A stretch of 64,000 nucleotides of DNA, from positions 5,193 through 69,192 of the forward strand of contig NZ_JBDIAB010000001.1 in the NCBI RefSeq assembly GCF_039812165.1. Direction: 5' to 3'. The stretch is from Microbacterium sp. GTDB lineage: Bacteria; Actinomycetota; Actinomycetes; Actinomycetales; Microbacteriaceae. Within the stretch, counting starts at the first letter, position 1, and every line of letters begins with the position of its first letter. The notes below the pieces were generated by a model. It searched no databases, was not told where the DNA came from, and saw only the letters and a program-made list of their open reading frames with translations. Of the stretch, positions 1 through 8,043 are shown piece after piece. The translations under genes and the position numbers were made by a program.

Positions 1-1888
1 CGAGCTCGGAGTGCGTGCCCTGGCCGGCGACCCGGCCGCGGTCGAGCACGACGATGAGGTCGCTGTCGACCACCGTCGAGAGGCGGTGCGCGATCACCAC
101 GAGCGTGCGGCCGTCGGCGACGGCATCGATCGCCTCGCGCATGCGCTGCTCGTTGAGCCCGTCGAGCGACGAGGTCGACTCGTCGAGCAGCAGGATCGGG
201 GGAGCGGCCAGCAGCGCCCGCGCGATCGCGAGCCGCTGGCGCTCGCCGCCGGAGAGCATGACGCCCGCCTCGCCCACCGGGGCCTGGAGCCCCAGCGGGC
301 TGCGTTCGAGCACCTCGCCGAGGTTCACGGCGCGCAGCACCCGCTCGCAGTCGGCGTCGGACGCCTCGGGCGAGGCCAGTCGCAGGTTGTCGGCGATCGT
401 GCCGGCCAGGGTCGGTGCGTCCTGCTCGACGTAGCCGAGCCGGGCGCGGAGCGCGGAGCGGTCGAGCGTGCGCACGTCCTCGCCGTCGACCAGCACGGCG
501 CCGCCGACCGGGTCGTAGAAGCGCTCGATGAGGGCCAGCGTCGTGGACTTGCCCGCGCCGGACGGCCCGACGAGCGCGACGCGCGATCCGCGCGGGACCC
601 GGAACGACACGCCCCGCAGCACCTCGCCCTCGTCGTCGGGCAGGTCGATCGCGGTCGTGTCGACGTGCGCTTCGGCGAGCATCGCGACGGCTTCGGTCTC
701 GGTCTTCCGCCGCGCCGCGACGACGACCTCGGGGTATGAGAAGCGCACGTCGCGGAACTCGATCGCAACGGCGTCGGTCACCGCGGTCGCCGACTCCGCG
801 CCGTGTGCTGCCGCGGCGCCGCCCGTCTCCGGCGCCGTCGTCGCGGCGGCACGGACGGCCCCGGCGGTCGCGGCATCCGCCTGCGTCTCGGTCGGGAGGT
901 CGAGCACCTCCTGCACGCGCCCGAGCGCGCCGAGCGCCTGGTTCACTGAGGTGATCGCGCCGAAGAACGACCCGAGCGGCTGCACGAGGAAGAACAGGAA
1001 CATCACGAACGTCACGAGGCTCGCGATCGAGATGGCGCCGGATGCCACGCGGAACCCGCCCACGCCCAGCACGACCAGCAGCGAGAGCTGCAGCGCGATG
1101 CCCGCGACCGGCACGACGAGAGCGGACGCCTTGGCCACGCGCACGCCGGCGTCGTAGGCGGCACGGGCGTCGCCGGTGATGGCCTGCTGCTCGCGCTCGG
1201 CCGCCCCCGCCGCGCGGATCGTCCGGATGGACCCGACGGCGCGCTCGACGCCGGCGGCGAGCGCGCCGACCCTCTCCTGCTGCACGGCGGTGGCTTGGCG
1301 GATGCGTCCGCTGAGCACGCCCACGACCGCGACCGATCCGCCGATCACGGCGAGGATCAGCACGAGGAGCAGCGGGTCGATGAGGACCATCGCGATCACC
1401 GCGCCGACGAAGATCAGGACGTTGCCGATCGAGTCGGCGAGACCCTGGGTGAGCACGGCGTAGAGGAGCGTGGTGTCGGTGCCGACGCGCGAGACGAGGT
1501 CGCCGGTGCGGCGCGCGTCGTACTCCTGCACGGGCAGGTGCAGGAGCTGTGCGATGAGCCGGCGGCGGCTCGAGAACACGACCGCGGTGCCGGTGCGCTG
1601 GAGCAGGTAGTGCTGGCATCCGCCGATCAGCGACGAGGCGACGACGAGGGCCACGAGCACCCACACGAGACCGCCGAGGGTGTCGCCCTGCTGCACCCGT
1701 TCGATCACCTGGCCGACGACGAGCGGCTGGGCGAGCGTCGCGGCCGCCGCGAGGATGCTCAGCACCGTCACGAGCACGAGGACGCGCTTGTGCTCGAAGA
1801 GGTAGGGCAGCAGCTGCCGCAGGCTCGCGCGGGGACCGTCGTCCTTGCGCGAGCGGCGCGCTCCGCGGGCGGGTCTGACGACGGACAT
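1..1888 (-). CDS. ABC exporter, fused permease/ATPase (multidrug-type); C-terminus runs off the window start
   Basis: Minus-strand translation from ATG 1888 (MSVVRPARG...ASLRQLLPYLFEHKR) shows six TM segments, RTGDLVSRVGTDT, Walker A VGPSGAGKST (~540-570), LSGGERQR signature and Walker B ILLLDE. It is absent from the ORF track because no stop lies in the window. Confidence 0.9.
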   Translation of the reverse strand, partial: MSVVRPARGARRSRKDDGPRASLRQLLPYLFEHKRVLVLVTVLSILAAAATLAQPLVVGQVIERVQQGDTLGGLVWVLVALVVASSLIGGCQHYLLQRTGTAVVFSSRRRLIAQLLHLPVQEYDARRTGDLVSRVGTDTTLLYAVLTQGLADSIGNVLIFVGAVIAMVLIDPLLLVLILAVIGGSVAVVGVLSGRIRQATAVQQERVGALAAGVERAVGSIRTIRAAGAAEREQQAITGDARAAYDAGVRVAKASALVVPVAGIALQLSLLVVLGVGGFRVASGAISIASLVTFVMFLFFLVQPLGSFFGAITSVNQALGALGRVQEVLDLPTETQADAATAGAVRAAATTAPETGGAAAAHGAESATAVTDAVAIEFRDVRFSYPEVVVAARRKTETEAVAMLAEAHVDTTAIDLPDDEGEVLRGVSFRVPRGSRVALVGPSGAGKSTTLALIERFYDPVGGAVLVDGEDVRTLDRSALRARLGYVEQDAPTLAGTIADNLRLASPEASDADCERVLRAVNLGEVLERSPLGLQAPVGEAGVMLSGGERQRLAIARALLAAPPILLLDESTSSLDGLNEQRMREAIDAVADGRTLVVIAHRLSTVVDSDLIVVLDRGRVAGQGTHSEL

Positions 1889-1917
1889 GGCGGTACCTCG
1901 TTCGTTCGCTCGGGGGG

Positions 1918-2133
1918 TCACTGTCGACCGTACTTCTTGTGCGCCGCCTGGCGGGTCACGCCGAGCGCGCCGGCGATCGCCTGCCACGAATAGCCGAGAT
2001 TGCGGGCGCGGCGCACCTGGACCTCCTCGGCCCGGGCGAGCTCGCGCCGCACGTCGGCGAGACGGTGCAGCTCGGCGAGCGGCTCGCGTTCTCCCGCGGC
2101 CCCGACGAGGGTGCGGATGCCGTCGCCGCTCAT
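1918..2133 (-). CDS. Small actinobacterial HTH protein (GxSWxxIxxxLGVTRQAAHKKY type), probable regulator of the downstream ABC exporter
   Basis: Motif GYSWQAIAGALGVTRQAAHKKY; ATG 2133 preceded by GGAAGGGG; 29 bp upstream of the ABC gene on the same strand. Confidence 0.8.
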   Translation of the reverse strand: MSGDGIRTLVGAAGEREPLAELHRLADVRRELARAEEVQVRRARNLGYSWQAIAGALGVTRQAAHKKYGRQ

Positions 2134-2171
2134 GCGATCCCCTTCCGGATGCCGGAGGCCCGGCATCCACC

Positions 2172-2215
2172 GTCAACCATAGTTGACACTTCAAGGAGCG
2201 TCAACTTGAATTGAC
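2172..2215. promoter_or_regulatory. Two tandem palindromic operators GTCAAC-N4-RTTGAC
   Basis: GTCAACcataGTTGAC at 2172-2187 and GTCAACttgaATTGAC at 2200-2215, in AT-rich DNA upstream of the HTH gene. Confidence 0.7.
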
Positions 2216-2300
2216 GCCTGCCTCGTCGCAACTCATGAGCTCCGCAAGTTGTCCACAGATCGAGCATTCGCACATGTGAACCGCATGCGACACTGGGATC

Positions 2301-2603
2301 ATGAGCCGCATGATCCAGGTTCGAAACGTCCCCGACGACGTCCATGCCCGGCTCAAGGAGCGGGCTGCGGCCGAGCACCTGTCGCTGTCGGACTACCTCA
2401 ATCGCGAGCTCGCCCAGCTCGTCCGGTACCGCAGCAACGCCGAGATCGTCGCCGCGTTCCGCGCGCGCGGGCTCCGGCTGAGCCGGGAGCAGATCCTCGA
2501 CGCCGTGCACGAGGAGCACGAGCTCCGCGACGCACAGCTCGACCGGCTCGGCGACTCGGGTCCGTCTCGAGGCGAGCCGCTCCCCGGCGAGGGTCCGCGG
2601 TGA
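2301..2603 (+). CDS. vapB: Type II antitoxin, FitA-like ribbon-helix-helix
   Basis: MIQVRNVPDDVHARLKERAAAEHLSLSDYL RHH motif; stop overlaps the PIN toxin start (GTGA). Confidence 0.85.
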   Translation: MSRMIQVRNVPDDVHARLKERAAAEHLSLSDYLNRELAQLVRYRSNAEIVAAFRARGLRLSREQILDAVHEEHELRDAQLDRLGDSGPSRGEPLPGEGPR

Positions 2604-2974
2604 CCGCGGTCGTGCTCGACGCCTCCGTCGTGATCGACGCGTTCCTCGGAGAGGGTCCCCGGCAGGACTGGGCGGCCTGGCACTCGCACGCCGGCCTGGA
2701 CGTCGAGGTCCTGTCGGTGCTCCGCAGGAAGGTGCTGCGCGGCGAGCTGCCCGCCCACGGCGCCCGGGAGGTCCTCGACTCCTTCCGCGAGCTCGACATC
2801 GAGCGGCATCCGATCTCCCGGCTGCTCCCTCGGGCTTGGGCGATGCGGCACGACATCTCGGCCTACGACGCCGTGTACGTCGCGCTCGCCGAGTCGCTCG
2901 GCGTACCGCTGGTCACGCTCGACCCTCGGCTCGCCGCGACGGCGAGCCGCTACTGCGACGTCCTGGTGCCGTGA
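2600..2974 (+). CDS. vapC: PIN-domain toxin (VapC)
   Basis: Acidic tetrad VLDAS, DVEV, SAYDA, LVTLD; translationally coupled to the antitoxin. Confidence 0.85.
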   Translation: MTAVVLDASVVIDAFLGEGPRQDWAAWHSHAGLDVEVLSVLRRKVLRGELPAHGAREVLDSFRELDIERHPISRLLPRAWAMRHDISAYDAVYVALAESLGVPLVTLDPRLAATASRYCDVLVP

Positions 2975-3004
2975 GGGTGACGTCGCGCCGGCACACGCGT
3001 GCGC

Positions 3005-3358
3005 TCAGCGCCAGATGACGGCGATGCCCGCGTTCAGAAGGGTCAGGATGCCGACGAGCCAGAACACCGCGGAGGGGACCGCGCCCTCGCGGCGCTGCCG
3101 TGCCGAGCCGATGCCGAGGAGCGCGCCGATCGCGAGCAGCACGACGAGCTTGACGCCGATCTTGGGGTAGTTCAGCGCGCCCTCGACCCCCCACGGTGCG
3201 GCGAGGGCGAGGCCGGCGACCGCGGCGATCGTCATCCCGATGCTCATGAGGCGCGTCACCCGGCGGCGTCCGCCGAAGGCCTCGACCGCCCAGGCGCCGA
3301 AGAGGACGGCGAATCCGACGAGGTGGACGAGGACGACGACATGGCGCAGGATCTCCAT
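3005..3358 (-). CDS. Small four-TM membrane protein
   Basis: Hydrophobic 117 aa ORF (HLVGFAVLFG...NYPKIGVKLVVLLAI); -10 TAGACT 6 nt upstream of the ATG. Confidence 0.75.
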   Translation of the reverse strand: MEILRHVVVLVHLVGFAVLFGAWAVEAFGGRRRVTRLMSIGMTIAAVAGLALAAPWGVEGALNYPKIGVKLVVLLAIGALLGIGSARQRREGAVPSAVFWLVGILTLLNAGIAVIWR

Positions 3359-3574
3359 GCCATCAGTCTAGCTGAAGGTGAGCGACGCGATCGCCGAGCC
3401 GGCATCCGCTCGCCGTTGCGGACGGCATCCACCGGATGATCAGGTCTTTCGGATGAACCGCCCAGAGTCGGTCGATAGCGTGGGCGGGTCCACCGGTGAG
3501 GAAGACGCGGGATCCGCCCGAACGGAGACCGCCCTCGTGCACCGCGCGCCGCCCCCGCGGCCCGGAGGGCGCCG

Positions 3575-3690
3575 GGTTCTCGCCGAGCGTGAGGGTCCGG
3601 AGCACAGCCTGTGCCGGCTGCCCGCTCCCCGAGCGGCTCCCTGTCGCGCCCCGCGCGGCGCTCTGGCCGATGCAGGGAAAGTCCGACCAA
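3575..3690 (+). ncRNA. Candidate structured 5' leader (riboswitch-like) of the lytic transglycosylase gene
   Basis: Stems CAGCC/GGCTG (3605-3620), CCGCTC/GAGCGG (3622-3636), TCCCTG/CAGGGA (3638-3678) enclosing GCGCC/GGCGC, ending just upstream of the RBS. Family not identified. Confidence 0.35.
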
Positions 3691-3700
3691 CCGGAGTCCC

Positions 3701-4606
3701 GTGTCCTTCTCCCGCTCTTCCCTCGTCCGCCCTGCCATCGTCGCGCTCGCGCTCGCCGTCCCCCTCGTCGCGGCGGGCGCCGCGGCGGCCCCCGACGCGA
3801 TCGCCCCGCACCCGGCCGGCTCCGGCGTCGTCTCGTCGGCCGCCTCGGAGGCGGCCGGCTTCGGCCCGTCGCTCACCGTCAAGGCTCCCATGGTCATCGC
3901 CGTGCAGGAGTCCGGCGCCGACGGCATCGGCGGGGTCGTCGTGCGTGCGTCCTTCGACGAGCGCGCGAAGTCGGCCATCAAGGATGCCCGTCGCACCGAG
4001 AGCAGCGTGAAGGGCAAGGTCTCCGACTCCTCGCTCACGACCGCGATCTCGCGGCTCTCCGACTTCGAGGACATGCCCCTGCAGAAGGTCGACGAGCTGA
4101 CCCGTGCGCTCGAGCGCACGACCGTGCGCGCCGCCCAGCAGGCCGTCGGGCACGACGTCGACGCCGCCGTCCAGGGCGTCATCGGCTCGGCGCAGACGAT
4201 CGGCGCCCAGGCGCTGGCCACCGCGGCCGCCCAGGCGCAGGCCATCGCCGAGGCGCAGGCCGCCGCGGCCCGCGCCCAGATGCTCGCCCAGGTGAACACC
4301 CCCGACGGCTCGCGCGCCTACGCGCGCGACCTGGCCGCGTCGCAGTACGGCTGGGGCGACGGCGAGTTCCAGTGCCTCGACTCGCTGTGGATGAAGGAGT
4401 CGGGCTGGAACTACCTCGCCTACAACGACGGCAGCGGCGCCACCGGCATCCCGCAGTCCCTTCCCGGCAGCAAGATGGCCACGTTCGGCGACGACTGGCA
4501 GACCAACGCGGCGACCCAGATCGCGTGGGGCCTGGACTACATCGCCAAGGTGTACGGATCGCCGTGCTCGGCGTGGGGCCACTCGCAGGCCACCAACTGG
4601 TACTGA
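3701..4606 (+). CDS. Secreted lytic transglycosylase-like (SLT/Rpf-related) protein
   Basis: Signal peptide, Ala-rich coiled-coil, C-terminal WGDGEFQCLDSLWMKESGWN...SGATGIPQSLP...NAATQIAWGLDYI..YGSPCSAW; GGAG RBS before GTG 3701. Confidence 0.85.
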   Translation: MSFSRSSLVRPAIVALALAVPLVAAGAAAAPDAIAPHPAGSGVVSSAASEAAGFGPSLTVKAPMVIAVQESGADGIGGVVVRASFDERAKSAIKDARRTESSVKGKVSDSSLTTAISRLSDFEDMPLQKVDELTRALERTTVRAAQQAVGHDVDAAVQGVIGSAQTIGAQALATAAAQAQAIAEAQAAAARAQMLAQVNTPDGSRAYARDLAASQYGWGDGEFQCLDSLWMKESGWNYLAYNDGSGATGIPQSLPGSKMATFGDDWQTNAATQIAWGLDYIAKVYGSPCSAWGHSQATNWY

Positions 4607-4619
4607 TCCGGCACGCGCG

Positions 4620-4663
4620 CGAGACGGGCGGCGGGGCGCGGGAGCGTTCCGCCGCCCGTCTCG
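4620..4663 (+). terminator. Intrinsic terminator-like hairpin
   Basis: 15-bp perfect stem CGAGACGGGCGGCGG / CCGCCGCCCGTCTCG immediately after the stop at 4606. Confidence 0.6.
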
Positions 4664-4707
4664 TGTTCGCGCCTGCGATCGGGGCGTCGCGACGGTGGCA
4701 GCGCCCA

Positions 4708-4768
4708 TGATTAAACGCTTGACCAAACCAGATCTCGAGCGTATGATCAGTGATCAAACGCTTAATCA
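4708..4768 (+). promoter_or_regulatory. SigA promoter with two LacI-family operators
   Basis: -35 TTGACC 4719-4724, 17-bp spacer, -10 TATGAT 4742-4747; operators TGATTAAACGCTTGACCA 4708-4725 and TGATCAAACGCTTAATCA 4751-4768 with a central CG. Confidence 0.85.
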
Positions 4769-4783
4769 TCCGAAGGTGGTCAC

Positions 4784-6253
4784 GTGCGCGCTCCGGTGTT
4801 CTTCCCGCCGTCGGAGGCCTGGGTCGGCGGTGCGATCCCGTGGCAGGAGGACGGAGAGTTCCATCTCTTCTACCTGCACGAGGCACGCGTCCACGCCCGG
4901 CCGGACGCCCGCTGGCATCTCGTGACCACCGCCGACCTCCTGCACTTCTCCGATCGCGGCGTCGCACTCGCCGACGGCGGGCTCGACGACGTCGAGGTCG
5001 ACGCCTGCACCGGCAGCGTCGTGCGCGCGGACGACGGCGTGCACCACCTCTTCTACGCGAGCCAGAGCCCGAGGCGGCCGGGCGCCGACGGGCGCCCGCT
5101 GCAGCAGATCTCACACGCCACGAGCAGCGACGGCATGCGGAGCTGGCGGCGTCATCCCGAGCTCGCCTTCGGCGCGATCGACGGCTACGAGCCGGCGCAC
5201 TGGCGGGATCCGTTCGTGTTCCGCGACGACACGGCCGGCGTGTGGCGCATGCTGATCGCGGCCCGCCACCTCGACGGACCCGAGCGGCGCCGCGGTGTCA
5301 TCGCGCAGTTCGTCTCGCGCGACCTCACGACGTGGAAGCCGACCGAGCCGTTCTGGGATCCGCGTCGCTACCCCGCGTACGAGTGCCCCGAGGTCTTCCG
5401 GTGGGGCGACTGGTGGTACCTCGTCTACTCCGAGCTCTCGGAGTCGTTCGCGACCAGGTACCGGATGGCGCGGACCCTGCAGGGCCCGTGGCTCATCCCC
5501 GACCGCGACACGATCGACGGCCGCGCCTACTATTCGGCGAGATCGGCCGAACGCGACGGCCGGCGCCTCTTCTTCGGCTGGATCGCGAGCCGGGAGTTCT
5601 CCGACGACGACGGCACCTGGCAGCGGGGCGGCACGATGTCCGTGCTCGAGGCGCGGCAGGAGGCCGGCGGCACGCTCGCCTTCGCCCTGCCCGACGAGCT
5701 CGTCGCCGGCTTCGGCGTCGAGGAGCCCGTGGCGCTGCAGGATGCCGTGACCGGACTCGCCGTGCCGGCATCGGCGGTCGGATTCGCGCTGGACGCACCG
5801 GAGGGCTATGGCGCCCTCGTGACCGAGGAGGCGCTGCCCGAGCAGTTCTACGCGACGGTGCGGCTCTCGCTCGACGTGGGCACGACCGAGTGCGGCCTGC
5901 TGCTGCGCACCAGCGCGAGCGGCGACGTCGGCTACATCGTGCGCATCGAGCCGCGCCGCAACCGGATGGTCTTCGACCGCTGGACGCGCGCCGGCGCCGC
6001 CGCCGCCACGCGCGGACGGCTCCCCGGCGACGTGCCGTTCGCGCTCGAGCTCGAGCGCCCGTGCGACCTGAGCTCCGGCGAGCACGTGCTCGAGATCGTC
6101 GTCGACGGCGACCTGTGCGTCGTCAACCTCGACCGCAGTGTGATCCTCAGCACCCGGATCTACGACCACGGCGAGGGACGCCTGGGCCTGTTCGTCGGCG
6201 AGGGCGGAGTGACCTTCTCCGAGCTCGCCATCCGCACGCGCGCAGAGGCGTGA
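4784..6253 (+). CDS. GH32-family (beta-fructofuranosidase-like) protein, apparently lacking the nucleophile Asp
   Basis: HLFYLH, TGSVV, WRDPFVF and ECPEVF motifs plus a C-terminal beta-sandwich; the N-terminal motif reads WVGGAIP. Confidence 0.85.
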   Translation: MRAPVFFPPSEAWVGGAIPWQEDGEFHLFYLHEARVHARPDARWHLVTTADLLHFSDRGVALADGGLDDVEVDACTGSVVRADDGVHHLFYASQSPRRPGADGRPLQQISHATSSDGMRSWRRHPELAFGAIDGYEPAHWRDPFVFRDDTAGVWRMLIAARHLDGPERRRGVIAQFVSRDLTTWKPTEPFWDPRRYPAYECPEVFRWGDWWYLVYSELSESFATRYRMARTLQGPWLIPDRDTIDGRAYYSARSAERDGRRLFFGWIASREFSDDDGTWQRGGTMSVLEARQEAGGTLAFALPDELVAGFGVEEPVALQDAVTGLAVPASAVGFALDAPEGYGALVTEEALPEQFYATVRLSLDVGTTECGLLLRTSASGDVGYIVRIEPRRNRMVFDRWTRAGAAAATRGRLPGDVPFALELERPCDLSSGEHVLEIVVDGDLCVVNLDRSVILSTRIYDHGEGRLGLFVGEGGVTFSELAIRTRAEA

Positions 6254-6312
6254 CCCGCCGCGCGCCCGCGATGATCTACGGTCGTGGGAAGGGCGACGAA
6301 GGGAGGGCGTCG

Positions 6313-7338
6313 ATGGCGAACGAGCCCGACCGACGCGACCGCTCCGCGCACCCGGTGACGATGCGCGACGTCGCACGCGTGGCGGGCGTCTCGGTCGCGA
6401 CCGTCTCGCACGTCGTCAACGACAAGGCGGGCGCGCGCATCGGCGCCGCGGCGCGCGAGCGCGTGCGCCAGGCGATCGACGAGCTCGGGTACCGGCCGAA
6501 CATGCTCGCGAAGAACCTCGTCCGCGGGCGGTCGCGGTTCATCGGCCTGGTCGCCGACGCCATCGCGACGACCCCGTTCGCCGGCCAGATCATCCAGGGC
6601 GCCCAGAAGGAGGCGTGGAAGCACGGCTTCGTGCTGCTCGTCGCCAACACCGAGGGCGACCGCGAGGCCGAGGACGAGGCGATCGCGATGATGCTCGAGC
6701 ATCAGGTGCGCGGCATCCTCTATTCGACCTGGTACCACCGCGCGGTCGACACCCCCGCGGCGCTCGGCGAGACGACGGCGGTGCTGGTCGACTGCTACTC
6801 GCCCGACGGTCAGTTCCCCGCCATCGTCCCGGACGAGGTCGGGGGCGGGCGCACGGCCACCGAGCTGCTGCTCGCGGCCGGGCACCGGCGCATCGCGTTC
6901 GTGAACGCCGCGGAGCCCTCGCCCGCGCAGGAGGGCCGGCTGCGGGGCTACCGCGAGGCGCTCGCGGACGCCGGCATCGCGTTCGACGACGAGCTCGTCC
7001 TCGCGGTCCACGACGAGCAGGACGGCGGGTACGAGGCGGGCCGGACCGTGCTGCAGCGCGGTGCGACCGCGGTGTTCTGCTACAACGACCGCATCGCCAT
7101 GGGCCTCTACGACCGTCTGCGCGAGCAGGGGGTGTCGATCCCCGGCGAGCTGGCCGTCGTGGGGTTCGACAACCAGGAGATCATCGCCGCGCACCTGCGC
7201 CCGCCGCTCAGCACCGTCGCACTGCCGCACTACGAGCTCGGCGCGGCGGGCGTCCGCGTGCTGCTCGGGCTCGAGGAGGTGCCGGACGGCGAGCCCCTGC
7301 TGGTGGCCTGCCCTCCGGTGTCGCGGCAGTCGGTCTGA
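6313..7338 (+). CDS. LacI-family transcriptional regulator
   Basis: TMRDVARVAGVSVATVSHVVN HTH, LGYRPN hinge, VVGFDN, PPLSTV; GGAGG RBS. Confidence 0.95.
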   Translation: MANEPDRRDRSAHPVTMRDVARVAGVSVATVSHVVNDKAGARIGAAARERVRQAIDELGYRPNMLAKNLVRGRSRFIGLVADAIATTPFAGQIIQGAQKEAWKHGFVLLVANTEGDREAEDEAIAMMLEHQVRGILYSTWYHRAVDTPAALGETTAVLVDCYSPDGQFPAIVPDEVGGGRTATELLLAAGHRRIAFVNAAEPSPAQEGRLRGYREALADAGIAFDDELVLAVHDEQDGGYEAGRTVLQRGATAVFCYNDRIAMGLYDRLREQGVSIPGELAVVGFDNQEIIAAHLRPPLSTVALPHYELGAAGVRVLLGLEEVPDGEPLLVACPPVSRQSV

Positions 7339-7402
7339 GCCGCCGTCCGTCCCCGTCCGACCGTCGGCTCCCGCCTCGGCACACGAGCGGTCGTGCCACC
7401 GG

Positions 7403-7531
7403 CTCACCGGGCGCGTGCGGTCGCGCCGGTGCGTGCGAGCGACGGGATGCGCCAGGTGAGTCGCGGTCCCACCGGTCGACTGGGCGCCCGCGGTCGAGGA
7501 CGTGCCGACTGACGACAGAATGCGCCGGGTG
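7403..7531. repeat. REP-like intergenic repeat: inverted pair plus a third copy
   Basis: 7405-7424 CACCGGGCGCGTGCGGTCGC is the inverse (16/20) of 7439-7458 GCGACGGGATGCGCCAGGTG; third copy CGACAGAATGCGCCGGGTG at 7513-7531. Confidence 0.5.
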
Positions 7532-7569
7532 GATGGGGGCCTGCGCCCGTGCGCGTCCCGTCCGGTGCG

Positions 7570-8043
7570 TCAGCCGCGCAGGTCGCGCAGCACGAGCGCC
7601 GTCCGCACGGCGGCCGAAGCGGCCTCGGCGCCCTTGTCCTCCTTCGACCCCGGGAGCCCTGCCCGGTCGAGGCCCTGCTGCTCGTCGTCGAGGGTGAGCA
7701 CGCCGAACCCGACCGGCTTGCCGGTGTCGAGCGCGACGCGCGTGAGCCCGTCGGTCGCGGCCGACGACACGTACTCGAAGTGCGGCGTGCCGCCCCGGAT
7801 GATGACGCCCAGGGCCACGACGGCATCCGCCCCCGCCTCCAGCGCCGTCTTGCACGCGACCGGCAGCTCGAACGAGCCGGGCACGCGCACGAGCCGCCAG
7901 CGGGCGCCGGATGCCGTCAGCACGCGCTCCGCGCCGGCGATGAGCCCGTCGGTGATGACGTCGTGCCAGGTGCCGGCGACGATCACGACCTCGAGGCCCG
8001 TCGCCTCGAGCGCCTGCTCCTCCGGTGCGCCGTGTCCGCTCAT
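7570..8043 (-). CDS. ribH: 6,7-dimethyl-8-ribityllumazine synthase
   Basis: [35 protein letters not shown]. Confidence 0.95.
   Translation of the reverse strand: MSGHGAPEEQALEATGLEVVIVAGTWHDVITDGLIAGAERVLTASGARWRLVRVPGSFELPVACKTALEAGADAVVALGVIIRGGTPHFEYVSSAATDGLTRVALDTGKPVGFGVLTLDDEQQGLDRAGLPGSKEDKGAEAASAAVRTALVLRDLRG

Noticed and set aside
3440-3700. Canonical ydaO/c-di-AMP riboswitch
   Set aside because: The conserved ydaO sequence blocks were not found; kept only as an unassigned candidate RNA.
4750-7338. 862-aa fusion ending in a LacI domain
   Set aside because: The upstream part is an alternative frame over the GH32 gene; LacI has its own RBS and start at 6313.
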